A stretch of 64,000 nt of DNA, taken from positions 233,058,001-233,122,000 of the forward strand of contig OZ024742.1 in assembly GCA_964016885.1 (NCBI GenBank), written 5' to 3'. Source of the DNA: Eledone cirrhosa (taxonomy: Eukaryota). This document shows positions 51,248 to 64,000 of this stretch, piece after piece. A program made the position numbers and the translations under genes. The notes beneath the pieces were generated by a model that saw only the letters and a program-made list of their open reading frames with translations, was not told the DNA's origin and did not search any database. Within the stretch, counting starts at the first letter, position 1; every line of letters begins with the position of its first letter.

Positions 51248-51698
51248 GTTTCTCTTTCTCTTAATTTCGAGTAAATTTTTGACCAGCCACCTTCCCACGG
51301 CAAGGTTGTAAAGAAAAGAAATTGTCATCCCTTGAATCGCAAGAATGTTTTGCAAATTTTTGAAGGTGCCAACTATCGCGGCCATTTGTAGTCTATTAAT
51401 TAGGGAGCTGCGCTCTTTGCCCACAAATTCAATTTCAGTTATACTCAGTCCAAGCGGGTTGGTATATAACCTGTAGCTCCAATAATTGTTTCTACTTTGG
51501 GCACAAGGCCAGCAAATACCCAGTGCATTACTGGTACTTTATTTTATCGACCCCGTAAGGATGAAAGGCAAAGTTAACCTCGGCGGGATTTGAACTCAGA
51601 ATGGCAAGGGCCGTAACTCTATACGTCAAAGCATGGCATCCGACCCTCTACCGATACTGCCAATCCACCGATGCGTATGGAGCTGAAGGTGTATCTTG
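51248..51698 (-). mobile_element. Short 3' fragment of an R4/Dong-type element (family B) with a SINE at 51485-51670
   Basis: Matches 57106-57365. TATG repeats on both sides. Confidence 0.8.
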
Positions 51699-51711
51699 TA
51701 TGTATGTATGT

Positions 51712-54700
51712 GTTCTTCTGGTTTTATAATTTCACAAATTTTTTCCCAATAGAGAAAGAGTCGGTTTCTAACATAGACACAAGATTCTCTCATTGGAATT
51801 TACACATCAACTAGGTAGATATGTATGTATGTCTGCATGCATGCATGGATGTTATTATTGTATGTGTGGATGTGTATATGCTTTGTATCTGTACATGTGT
51901 ATATACAGTTATTAGATGCAACATTTTTGGAATGTTTTACATATTTTTACTGTTCCATTAATGGATTGTACGTGTAATTTCCTAACTAGTTGTGTTCTTT
52001 CTGTTCCTGTGAAGCCTAGCTTCTCAAGATTTGTATTGAGGCAGTTACTAACATACCCCAGTGCCCCTATAATCACAGGCATAAATCTGAAGGTGTCATC
52101 AGGGTGGAGTATCTGCAGATTTCTCATCAGTTCTGGATAAATATTCTCATTTTCGCTAATCTTTGATATTATATTGGCATCTGCTGGGCTAATTTCCACT
52201 GCTGTGCATGCTTTCTTCTCCCTGTCCCATATCATAATATCTGGTCTGTTATGCCTGCATTTTATTGGGGTTTTTACTGGAACATTCCACCAGTACTCTT
52301 TCATATTATGTACATGGATGTCTTCCACATTGTTGTAGCTTTTAATGTGTTTATTATCGGGGCTATCTTTTTTACGAACTGCATTGTACAGTGTTTTGGC
52401 CACTACATCATGCCTCATAGGTAGATAGTACCGCGATGACATCTTTGGACAGCTGCTTATAACACGGGTGACATCTTCGATGTTAATTCTGAAGAGTCTG
52501 CACTTGTTATCACATCTAGGTGTTTTGCCTGCATCCCTATCTCTTTTGTGAATCAGGTATTTCGTGTTAATTTCCTGTTCTTGGATTGCAAAAGCGTATC
52601 CTTCAAAGTGGGAGCCAATATAACGGTTGTTGATCCAAGATAGACTACTTTCCTTATCTATATTACTCTCACTCTGGAGCTTCCTGGCAACATATCCATG
52701 CATGATTTTTTGCTGATAAGCATGCAGTTTTTCATCCATGGATTCACTGCGATACTGCTGAGCGACTTCTCTGGGTGTGAGTTTTTGATTATCACACAGG
52801 GAATATCTCTCGAGGAGTTCCTTCCCAACTCTCATGATCTTATCTGTTTCATGCAGATAGACTTGCTCGAGAGACGGGCTCCTACGCTTCGAGGTTCGTA
52901 GATGTTGTCGGAGAGATATGATGCGACATTCAAATGCTGTCTGGACTGATGTTAGGCCTCTGCCTCACTGCTTACGTTTCAAGTAAAGGCGGTCTATGTC
53001 ACTGTTGATGTGGAAGTTTCCGGTGTTTACTATTTTTCGAGTTCCAACATCAACTGCTCGGATTTCGTCTATCGTCCAATTGAGTATTCCAAACGTTGGT
53101 GTTAGGACAGGCACAGCAAACACATTATGAGCCACTGTTTTGTTTTGCGCAGAGAGTTCTGATGACCAGATCTTTCTTAATCGGGTGTAGTATTCCCTGG
53201 TTACGCGTTCATTATTACAGATACCATTATATGATATGTTCTCATCTATCCCCAGGTATCTGTAGCAGTCTTCATCAGATATCGGTGAAACAGTTAGGCC
53301 ATTGATGACAATGTTGCTAGATTGGGTTGTTGTTTTTCCCCGCTTTACAGTCATGTATGAGCATTTATCTAGGACAAACTCCATTCCTATATCCTTTGAG
53401 AACGTTGTAACCAGGTGAAGATTTTTCTTCATCCCATCCATGTTCTTGGCATAGAGTTTCAGATCATCCACAAAGAAATTATTGGTTAGGTTCGTATTTC
53501 TGTCCTCCTGTGAGCCAATGATGTACCCTTCACATTTCTTGAGCAGAAAGGACAAGGGGTTTAATGACAGGATGAATAATATCACTGAGAGACTGTCTCC
53601 CTGCGATATTTTATTTTATCAGAGAAAATAGAGTCCGCCCTCTCTGTCTTTAACCTTACGATAGTAGCCCAAGAAGACGACAGCTTCTCTATGGCTCTGA
53701 TAATAATGTCTGGGACTTTAGCAAGTTGGAGGGCCTCTATCATCCAAGAGTGGGGAACAGAATCGAAAGCTTTCCTGTAGTCCAGCCAGACTGTAGCCAT
53801 ATTCCTCCTAAGTTGTCGCACCTCCGACATCGCAGTTTTGTTGATTAGGAGTTGTTCAGCACATCCCCAAACCCCTTTCTTTCCAGCTGCTTGTTCATCT
53901 GTTGTGTTATTATTTTCACAGTGATCTTGGAAGAATAGTTTCAGGCAGGCTGTATACATCTTATACATTAGGTTCTGGCATGCAATGGGTCGGTAGCTTT
54001 TTGCCAAGTGGGTGTCTTTGTTTTTGGGGACCAGTAATGTTTGTGCTAATGTCAACCATTCTGGTATAAGTGTATCTCCCTTAAAAAATTGTTGGTAGAG
54101 GTCAGTAAGATACCTCCGATAGAATATCAGTTTCTTGTACCAGTAGCCGACAATCATGTCTCTTCCTGGTGTTTTCTTATCTTGTAGTTTCCCTATCACT
54201 TATTTCGTATGTTTTTGTTGTAGTGTAGGAGCAATAGTTCTTTCGGATTTCTCTTAGCCACACTGCATCTTGGTTGAAATTCTTCTTTTCACCCCATATT
54301 TTGCTCCAAAAGGAATCTGTCTTTCTGGGACGGGGCCTCGGTGACACTTATTATTTTGTTCTTCATATCTCTATAGACTGATGTTTGGTTTCGTCTGAAT
54401 CTTTTATTAAGCACTTTTCTCTCATCTACCTTCTTCAGGTATCGGCGTTTTTCGCTAACTTGTTTGAGGGTGATCAGCTTATATTGAAGAGTTCTGGTTC
54501 TACTGTTACCAAACATCGTCTCTATTTTATTTTTCACTCTTTGTTGGTGAGGAGTGAGGTTTTTTGTGTGTTTGTTTGCATGTAATTAATTTCTCCCTGG
54601 AAGATTTCGTTGAGCGAAATTTTCAATTGTTTATACTTTTGATTATTATCATTATCGATAGTATTTTGCAAAACAGTCGAGGTAGACTCGGATGGTACAC

Positions 54701-55378
54701 GTGGTGTCAAATTTCTTTAATTATTATTATTATTATTTCTTAGATTATTATTATTATCGATAGTGTTTTCCCCAGCATTCGAGGTAGACTTAGATGGTAC
54801 ACGGGGTGTCAAGTTTCTTATAGGCATAGTTGTTTCAAGGCATTGTTCGACCTGGCTGCTAGGAAGTCTAGTAGCATGGCGACCTGTAGCACGTGTTGGT
54901 GATCCCATATTTGTTGTGGGGACTTACAATTAATAATATTTATCTTATTTTTACGCTCAACAAACGTCGCTTGTTGGCGTAATTGTTTCGCTGTGAAATA
55001 ATTTAGCTCTGGGTGCATTTCGTCCCAGAGTAGCTTCATTCTGTTCATATAGCCAATGGAGGGATTGTTTTTTTCCATTTTATAACAACTGAATAAAGTT
55101 TGTTTACCTTTCTGGTTGTTTGTCTTCGATACTTCCTTAATTTTGTTGTTGATGTTGTGTTCAGCCATGCTGTTTGTAGCAAATCCTTGTAAAATGAATT
55201 ATGTATTTAGTCGGATATCTCTACGAATTCGAATAAAATGTGTCTTCGGTAGATATAGTTAGAAGAATAACCAATTATTCAAGATGACTGTAGTTGAGGC
55301 ACTACTGTCGGAGATAGCATTCATCTTAAATTTAATAAATAGTCTCCCACGCCAAAATATGCGACTCATCGCGTTGAC
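51712..55378 (-). mobile_element. Near full-length but disrupted R4/Dong-clade non-LTR retrotransposon (family A)
   Basis: N-terminal CY..GYMNRMKLLW. RT motifs YRPIACQN, WLDYRKAFDSVPH, FFVDDLKLY and YRYLG. Degenerate CCHC, RHD and RPDI restriction-like endonuclease. (TATG)n at both ends. Confidence 0.9.
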
Positions 55379-55396
55379 TGTATGTATGTATGTATG

Positions 55397-55428
<32 letters not shown>

Positions 55429-55970
55429 CGCTTTTCCTCACTTAAAAATGCTTCAAGCACAGGCATCGCTTGATATATGACATTTTTTGCGATGCATGGT
55501 ATTGCTGGCCACAGGCAAGTCCCTAGTAGGACTAAAAGGTCTCGTTCATGATTAAGTAAATCGAGTTTCAGCAATCATCATGTATGTATGTATGTATGTA
55601 TGTATGTATGTATGTATGTATGTATTTATGTGCATTTATGGCATTCTTCTAAGAGAAGGCAACTCAGGAAACTGGGATAACTTCGATATAAAACCTGCGG
55701 CTCAGTAGTTACCGATGATATTGATCTTTTCTTCTTTTCGGGTTATAGCTACTGTCGCTCAGAGAGTGGGATTGGCTCAGTGCACAGTCTTTCCTCACTT
55801 TAAAAAATGTCTTCACGCACAGGCATTGCACGATCGAATTAATTAATAATTATTAATAATGGTATATCGTGCAATGGCATACTCGATAAATACATTTATT
55901 TATGTATACATGTATGTATGATGTATGCATGTATATATGATGTATGCATGTATGTATGTATATATGTATG

Positions 55971-56372
55971 TTTCTCTTTCTCTTAATTTCGAGTACATTT
56001 TTGACCAGCCACCTTCCTGGTGGCAAGGTTGTAAAAAAAAAAGAAATTGTCCTCCTTTGAATCGCAAGAATATTTTGCAAATTTCGAAAGTGCCAGCTAT
56101 CGCAGCCATTTGTAGTCCATGAATTAGGGAGCTGCACTCTTTGTCCTCAAATCCAATTTGTTATAATTTGGTCCAAACGGGTTGGTATATAATCTGTAGC
56201 TCCAATAATGATGGGTATGAAGTTGAAGGTGTATTTTGGATACTGGATCTGCGAACTCCTCATCAATCGTCCGTAGATGTCCTCCTTCTCTTGTATTTTT
56301 CGTATAACGTTTACATCAAGTGGGCAGCTGATCCCTACAACAGAGCACGTTTTCAATGTGTGGTCCCACACA
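55971..56372 (-). mobile_element. 3' fragment of R4/Dong family B
   Basis: KTCSVVGISCPLDVNV..IPIIIGAT. Same 3' terminus as 57106, abutting a TATG-rich repeat. Confidence 0.85.
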
Positions 56373-57105
56373 ACAATATGCATGCATATATGTATGCTGT
56401 TATTTTGATGATTAAATGGTAACATGGTGGGACCTATCCCAGTAGAGAATTGTGTTTACAAAGTGACATTCTTGCTCCATTTCTCCTTTCCTTATAATTT
56501 GCTGTTACTTTCATGCATTTGTCGCTGATTTCTCTACTAGAAGATATGTGCGATACTGATCTTCTGAGCGTCTCTTCAATTTGCAGCGTTTTGCAACCAA
56601 TTCGAATGTCTTTCAATCTCTTGTTCCCGATTTCCTTTATCTAGATGATTGCAATATAGTTGTAGATAGTTCTGAAGATATAAACATTCTCATGGATTAT
56701 ATTTATGCATCTTATAAGGCATTTGACTCCAGCCTTAGCCTAAACAAAAGTTTTATTGCTTCAACCTGGCCAAGGAAACACGTATGTGAAACCATCTGTC
56801 ATACTTAAAGAAACAGAATTGAAAGTAGAGGACATGTTTTTTTGGTGACCAAACGCTGACCAAGGCTACAGCTTAAGAACTATGTAAAGATCTCTTTGAT
56901 AGTATTCTAAATACATGAAGACAACTGAAAAAAATAGATGACAGTAAAGGACACAGTACCACTATACATCAGAATACACCTCTGCATACTGATGTACACA
57001 TATGCAGCTTTGTAACATGTAGGAGCCTTGAAACTGCTGAAAACACAATACTCTTTAATAGTCAGACATGAGTAAACAGCCATCATGTGTGTGTATGTAT
57101 GTATG

Positions 57106-59962
57106 TTTTCTCTTTCTCTTAATTTCGAGTATATTTTTTTGACCGGCCACCTTCCTGGTGGCAAGGTTGTAAAAGAAAAGAAATTGTCATCCCTTGAATC
57201 GCAAGAATGTTTTGAAAACTTTGAAGGTGCCCATTTGTAGACTATGAATTAGGGAGCTGCGCTTTTTGTCCGCAAATCCAAGTTCAGTCATACTTTGGTC
57301 CAAGCGGGTTGGTATATAACCCGTAGCTCCAATAATGATGGGTATGAAGCTAAAGGTGTATCTTGGATACTGGATTTGTAAACTCCTCATCAATGGTCCG
57401 TAGATGTCCCCCTTCTCCTGTATTTTTCTGACAACGTTTACATCAAGTGGGCAGCTGATCTCCACAACAGAACACGTTTTCAATGTGTGGTCCCAAACAA
57501 CAATATCAGGCCGGTTGTGCTTTAATTTGGTGGCAGTTTTTATTTTCAGGTTCCACCAGTATTCCTTAGTGCCATCTGTCTCAATATATTCTTCCTCGTT
57601 TGTTGTTAATTTTTTTTCCGAAGTGCGTTCCAGATGGTTCTAGCTATCCCATCGTGTCTCATGGGGAGGTAGTAGCGAGATGACATTCTTTCGCAGCTGG
57701 CAACAATGTGGCTTACATCCTCGATCTTTGTTTTACATAGCCTACATTTATTGTCAGCTGCTGGCCCTCCTCTTTTGTGCAGCAGATATTTGGTAGGGAG
57801 TTCTTGTTCCTGTATTGCATAGAGATATCCTTCAAGGTGTGATGTCATAAACTTGTCGGAACTTCATGCCAGGCTTTTTGAGTGGTTTATCCCCTCTATG
57901 GTCTGTGTTTTACGCCTCAAGTATCCGTGCACAACTTTTTCTGTAAATTGGTCAATTTTTTTTATCTTGTTTGAACATTGAATAGGATCTTCCGATTTCT
58001 CTGGGTGAGAGATTTATATCAGGCTTTATTCCATATCTCTCCTCCAGATCAGTCGCTATTCTAATGATATTTTTTTTTCATGCTCATAAACCTGGGCAAG
58101 ATGGTTGCCAACCTTTTTCCTCTGTTGAAGGTGTTGTTTCAGTGTTACTATCCGGGTCTCATATGTTGTTAATATTGATTTTAGACCCCGGCCACCTTCC
58201 TTGCGTGAGAAGTATAGCCTATCCACATCGCCATTGATGTTAAAGTTCCCAGTAACACTGAGAAGTTTTCGAGTTCTAACATCCATCTCACTTAGTTCTT
58301 GCAATGACCAGTTCAGCAGGCCAAATGTTGGCGTTAGGATTGGAACAGCATAAGTATTGTGGGCAATGTATTTGTTGTATGCTGACAGTTCTGATGACCA
58401 TATTTTCTTTACTCTTCTGAGGTATTCAGTTCTGGTTCTCTCCTTATTTATGGGTCCATCATATCTGACATTCTCATCCTGTCCAAGATATCTGTAGTTG
58501 TCACCTGACTGCAGAGGTTGTATTGTCAGGCCGTTCATCTCTAGATTTCTAGAGGAGGACACAGCTCTTCCACGTTTTACTGCCAAATATGCACACTTGG
58601 ACTCACCAAATTTCATTTTGATGTCGGTTGAAAATTGTGTAATGAGGTCCAATTGTTTCTTGATGTCATTGATATTTGGCCCATACAACTTCAGGTCATC
58701 AACAAAGAAAAGATGGGAGATACTTCTGGGCCCACTTCTTTGTCCACCTTGTTTCCTGAGTAGGTAAGATAGTGGATTCAGTGAGAGAACGAAGAGTAGC
58801 ACTGACAAGCTATCACCCTGAAAGATGCCCTTCTGGTAATGTATCTTATCAGTCTTAACCTGCTCCTTCTCACCTCTAAGGATCAAATTGGTGTACCAGT
58901 TCTTGGTGAGGCGTTCAACAGCAGCTACCAATGGTTGTGGGACTTTAGCTAACTGTAAAGCCTTAATAATCCACCCATAAGGTACACTATCAAATGCTTT
59001 TTGATAGTCCAGCCACACCACAGTCATGTTTCTGCGATTCTTTGTTGTTTTTTCCTGAATCATTTTGTTAGTTAGTAGGTGATCTATGCAACCCCACACC
59101 TCCCTCTTTCCACCAGCTTGCTCAGGTGTTATGATGTTGTTGGTAGCACAGTGATCCTGTAAGAACAGGTTAAGGCACCCAGTATATAATTTATACATGA
59201 TGTTTTGGCAGGCAATTGGGCGGTAATTTTTTAGCAAGGGTGGTTTGGCTATTTTGGCTAATGAGGAGAGTAGTGGCAGTTGATAACCATCTGGGCAGTT
59301 CTTGTGTGCCCTTAATGGTTTCTGTAAACAGCCGTATGAGATCTTGCCGATAGAAAGTGAAATTCTTCAACCAGTATCCTGTAATGAGGTCTGGGCCTGG
59401 CGATTTCCTATTCGACATTTTCTGTAGAGCTGTTTCCAGTATTGACCCATCTATGTCATATTGTTTTGTCTGGACATGTTGGCAGTAGTCCTGTTCCAGT
59501 TCTTTTAGCCAATTAGCTTGTCTGTTGAATCCGTCATCCGTTTCCCATACAGATCTCCAGTAGCTCTCAACCTGTTCTTTTGAAGGGGTGTCGTTTACAG
59601 GGATTGAGCTTTTGCCACCGAAGCTGCGATAAACTGATTTAGGATCTTTGGCAAACAATCTATTTAGCACTTGTCGTTTATGTGCTGTTGACTTATATTT
59701 TAGTCTTTCTGTTGTAGCTGTGAGTTGTTGTTTCAACTGGTGTAATTTGGAGTTCAAAGTTTTAAATTTTGTATCTCCAAATCGTCTCTCTAACTTTTTC
59801 TTTAGGTCTTCCTGGTGTCGTGTGAAGTTGCTCTCTATGTTGCATTTCATAACGACTGCGATGTGTGAGATACTTCGTCTCAGGGACAAAATTTTAGTTT
59901 TTAAATTTCGCATCCACGCTGGTTCAGGCTTTCTGTTTGTATCTTGATTGCGTGGTTTTAGA
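57106..59962 (-). mobile_element. 5'-truncated R4/Dong-clade element (family B) inserted in (TATG)n
   Basis: KSPGPD, YRPIACQN, QAGG, WLDYQKAFDSVP, GIFQGDSLS, FFVDDLKLY, CRLC..HIVASC, RHD and RPDIVV. Several frameshifts and stops. Confidence 0.92.
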
Positions 59963-60071
59963 TGTATGTATGTATGTATGTATGTATGTATGTATGTATG
60001 TATGTATGTATGTATGTATGTATGTATGTATGTATGTATGTATGTATGTATGTGTGTATGTATGTATGTCT

Positions 60072-60607
60072 ATGTCGGGTCACTCTTGAGTGCTACTGGT
60101 AACATGTAACCCAGTACAACCTGTCGCATGGTCGGGTCGTCGGCGACTAAACCGGCAACCCCACCAAGTTTACTTGGTGAGGAGGGTGATTTTGGACACC
60201 CTGCAGGACAAAAAACAAAACCTGAAAAAGGGCGGAAGAACTCATAAGAGTCAACGGCCATCCAAATGTGTAAATATGTATATACACATGTACTGCGCGG
60301 TTAAACCACTGGGAGTGAAGGACCCCTAGCCTTTGTCAGGGCATTCTTCTAGGAGAAGGCAACTCAGGAAACTGGGATAACTGCGATATAAAACCTGCGG
60401 CTCAGTAGTTACCGATGATGTTGATCTTTTCTTCTTTTCGGGTTATAGCTACTGTCGCTCAGAGAGTGGGATTGGCTCTGTGCACAGTCTTTCCCCACGT
60501 TAAAAAATATCTTCACGCACAGGCATTGCACGATAGAATTAATTAATAATTATTAATAATGATATATCGTGCAATGGCCATACTCGATATCGAGGAGGCA
60601 GCCATCA
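60072..60607 (+). mobile_element. Non-autonomous RTE-derived short element with (TATG)n tail
   Basis: Family 5' block, TAGGAGAAGGCAACTC motif and 3' end GGCAGCCATCAT followed by (GTAT)n. Confidence 0.7.
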
Positions 60608-60619
60608 TGTATGTATGTA

Positions 60620-61143
60620 TGTCAGATCGCTCTCCAGTGCTACTGGTAACATGTAACCTAGTACAACCTGTCTCATGGTTGGGTGGTCGTCGACGACTAA
60701 ACCGGCAACCCCACCAAGCTTGCTTGGTGAGGAGGGTGATATTTGGACACCCTGCAGGATGAAATACAAGACCCGGCAAAGGGCGGAGGAACTCAGCAGA
60801 GTCAACGGCCATCCAAATAGTATTTTTTTTTTTTTCACCTGGGAGTGAAAGGCACCCAGTTGTTGTCACAACACCTTTCTAGGAGAGGGAAACTCTGAAA
60901 AGAGAAACCTGCGGCTTCGGAAGCATCCGATGATGTTGACCAGTTCTCCTTTTCCGGTAGTGTTTTCGATGCTCAGAGAGTGGGATTGGTCGAGTGCAAG
61001 GCCTTTCCCCACTTAAAAAACCTTCCAAGCACGGGCATTGCTTGTTCAGGATATTCGTGTGGCTGGCCGTAGCCTAAAAGTGCACCAAACTCTATAATCT
61101 GACAAGCAATTACAATACTCTTAGCAGAGTTTGCAGCCATCAT
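60620..61143 (+). mobile_element. Diverged tandem copy of the same RTE-derived short element with (TATG)n tail
   Basis: Same organisation, ending GCAGCCATCAT followed by (GTAT)n to ~61205. Confidence 0.7.
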
Positions 61144-61666
61144 GTATGTATGTATGTATGTATGTATGTATGTATGTATGTATGTATGTATGTATGTATG
61201 TATGTCTTTCACTCCCAGTAAACTTACTGCGCACCCTGAAGTCAACCAGGGGGATTTCTGAGTTCCCGCGCACAGATGGGTTGTCGTAATTATGACTAAT
61301 GAGTACCATTCTTCTAACTGAAGGAAATTCTGAAGTTAAACCTGTGGTTTACGTGATTACTGGTCATCTTGCTTAGGCTTGTCATCAGATAATAATCACT
61401 GAGTCTTAGAAAGCGAGACTCGTGTTGTACAAGCGTTTGTCACTATAAGCCATGATGTATAGATGTCTCTTGCAATGTTCTCAACTGCCATTCTATTTCT
61501 CAAATCAATGCAAACCAGGACTTTGAATTCTTGACACCATACTGACATTGGGCCTATTGTTGTACATAATGGGATATCACACAAATTTGCGCCAATGAAA
61601 TACCACCACTTCCGTTGTTTCATCACCTCGGGAGATGTTGTATAGACGGGAACAGTCATGTTTCCC

Positions 61667-62552
61667 CTACACCCTAATTACATTGTCTGGCACTTGAGTA
61701 AATTTTAGACACTCTAATATCCAGCTGTGGGGGATCATGTCGTAGGCTTTCTTATAGTCCAGCCACGCCATGGCTAAGTTCTTGTACCGCTTTTTACAAT
61801 CTGCAAGGATTGTTTTATCAATTAGAAGTTGATCTTTTGTACTCATGCTGGTCTTTTTGCATCCTTTCTGTTCTTCCGGTAGAATTTCATTCTCCCCAAG
61901 GAACTTATCTACGAATGTGTTAAGTTGACACAGCGAGAGTACAAAAGACGACACGATAATGTTGCCAGTTATATCCATTGGATGGTATCTGAGAAATGTG
62001 GGTTTGTCAGAGCAGCTAAATGGTAAGAACAGTGACCAGAAGGGGTGTTAGAAAATGACGAATTGAAGCTTTTGTGGGACTTCATCATTCAATGTGATAG
62101 AATGATTAAAGTAAAAAGGCTAGACATTTTAGTTGTGAACAAGAAGAAAAGAGAGCCCAAATTATCGATGTCTCTATCCTAGGAGTTGTAGAGGGAAAGA
62201 TAAAATGCATGAAAAGATGAAGTTTGATCCACTGTAGGAAGAGGTCGGAAAGTTGTGGGAGATGAAGGTTTTAGTGATTCCAATGGTGATCAGAGCATTG
62301 GGATGCATATCGGACAGTTATGAGTATTGTGTAAATAGAATCGGAATTGATGCAAGGTTACAGGCTATGTAGAAGACAACACTTCTTGGTACAGCAAGGA
62401 TTTTAAGGAAAGTCCTGTTTATGTAAGGCACAGGAGAGGATGCAGTGAGGGACCTTTGTCATTTTGTTGTTGACTGCTCTCTAACTAAAATATCCAGATC
62501 GTTGAACATTTAAGTGTCTGGGATTTACAAAAATGAACTACAATAATAAATA
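61667..62552. mobile_element. Decayed R4/Dong element (family C) with 5' inversion and TAA-type end
   Basis: Minus-strand RT piece ([27 protein letters not shown]) joined to a plus-strand endonuclease piece (ENDELKLLWDF..RLDILVV). Ends at AATAATAAATAAT. Confidence 0.8.
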
Positions 62553-63166
62553 ATTGTTTCTACTTTTGGCACAAGGCCAGCAATTATCCCAGTGTATTAC
62601 TGGTACTTTATTTTAAAATAATAAATAATAACGGTTTCTTATATAGGCACAAGGCCAGCAATTTTGGGGGAGGGCAAAGTCGATTAAATCGACCCAGTGC
62701 GTGATTGGTACTTTATTTTATCGACCACGTAAGGATGAAAGAATAATAAACATACTTGTTCGAATAAAATGTTATTAAATATTGAAAATATTTCATTATT
62801 AGCACCCATCTCGTAGATTGTCAGTATCGGTAGAGCGTCGGTCAACATGTTTTGTGGCATATAGTTATGTCCCTTTACATTCTGAGTTCAAATCCCTCCG
62901 TGATTAACTTTGCCGTTCATCCTGACGGTATCTATAAAATAAAGTACCAGTAACACACTGGGGTGGATTTAACCGACTTTTCCTTTCCTACAAAATTGTT
63001 GGCTTTGTGTTTAAATCAGAAACCATTATTAGACCCCATCTGTTTGACGAGAATGATCAGTGCTTTATCATTAATTGTCCTTTTCATCTTCTGTGATATC
63101 CCGACTGCTGTTGCATTTATCATGGAGTTAGAGTAATTAACAATCATTGTGATATGATGTAATAGT

Positions 63167-64000
63167 CGTGGTGGTGGTGGTGATTTTGGTAGTGGTGGTG
63201 GTGGTGTAGTGGTGGTGGTGGTGATGGTGTTGATTTTGGTGGTGGTGATGATGGTGGTGATTTTGGTAGTGGTGGTGTGAAGGTGATGGTGGTGATTTTG
63301 GTAGTGGTGGTGGTGGTGGCAATGGTGGTGGTGATGCTAGTGGTGATGGTGGTGATGTTGGTAGTGGTGGTGGTGGTGATGATGGTTGTGATTTTGGTGG
63401 TGGTGGTGATAGTAGTGGTGGTGGCAGTGGTAATGGAGGTAGTGGTAGTGGTGGTGGACATAGTGGTGGTGGTGATGTTGGTAGTGGTGGCGGCGGTGCT
63501 GGTGATGGTAGTGATGTTGGTAGTGGTGGTGCTGGTGCTGGTGATGGTGGTGATATTGGTAGTGATGGTGGTAGTGGTGGTGATGGTTGTGATTTTGGTA
63601 GTGGTGGTGGTGGTGATGGTAGTGGTGGTAGTGATGGTAGTGGTGGTGGCAGTGGTAGTGGTGGTGGTAGTGGTGGTGGAGATCGTGGTGGTAGTGTTGG
63701 TGGTGGTGGTGGTGTTGGTGGGGATATTGGTAGTGGTGGTGGTGGTGGCACTGGTGGTGGTGGTAGTGATGGTGGTGGCAGTGATGGTAATGGTGGTGGT
63801 AGTGGTAGTGCTGATGGTGGTCGTGCTGATGGTGATGGTGGTGGTGATGTTGGTAGTGGTAGTGTTGGTGATGGTAGTGATGTTGGTACTGGTGGTGGTG
63901 ATGGTAGTGGTGGTGGTAGTGGTGGTGATGGTAGTGGTGGTGGTAGTGGTGGTGGTAGTGATGGTAATGGTGGTGGTGGTGGTGGTAATGCTAGTGGTGG
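63167..64000. repeat. Degenerate (GGT)n low-complexity array
   Basis: GGT/GAT/AGT triplet repeat running to the end of the window. Confidence 0.95.

Noticed and set aside
60072-60200. HDV-like or twister ribozyme in the head of the RTE-derived short elements
   Set aside because: Several hairpins and a GCGACTAA motif are present, but I could not build a consistent double pseudoknot or twister core by eye. Needs a descriptor search.
63137-63751. Extensin-like proline-rich ORF
   Set aside because: Translation of a degenerate (GGT)n repeat, with no domain or splice evidence.

Overview
AT-rich, microsatellite-dense animal DNA, most likely an octopod cephalopod (inferred from SINE and microsatellite content, not verified). 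Almost all of the window is transposon-derived, and I recognise no host protein-coding gene with confidence. Retroelements include a near full-length Tx1/L1-clade LINE inside a (TATC)n repeat, a near-intact CR1-type LINE with a PHD ORF1 and a GGGAAAC slippery site, several R4/Dong-type elements sitting in (TATG)n/(CATA)n repeats, many RTE fragments, Penelope-like elements (one with ~1-kb inverted arms) and tRNA-derived SINEs. DNA elements include a hAT element with intact TIRs and TSD, Helitrons and several MITEs. The most notable signal is a set of type I hammerhead ribozyme motifs with palindromic stem III. Two of these lie in non-coding, hairpin-rich partial tandem repeats with 324-nt and 525-nt periods (16.5-17.9 kb), resembling retrozymes or non-autonomous Penelope derivatives that could yield small circular RNAs. 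All calls were read by eye, and boundaries are approximate unless a TSD or TIR is quoted.
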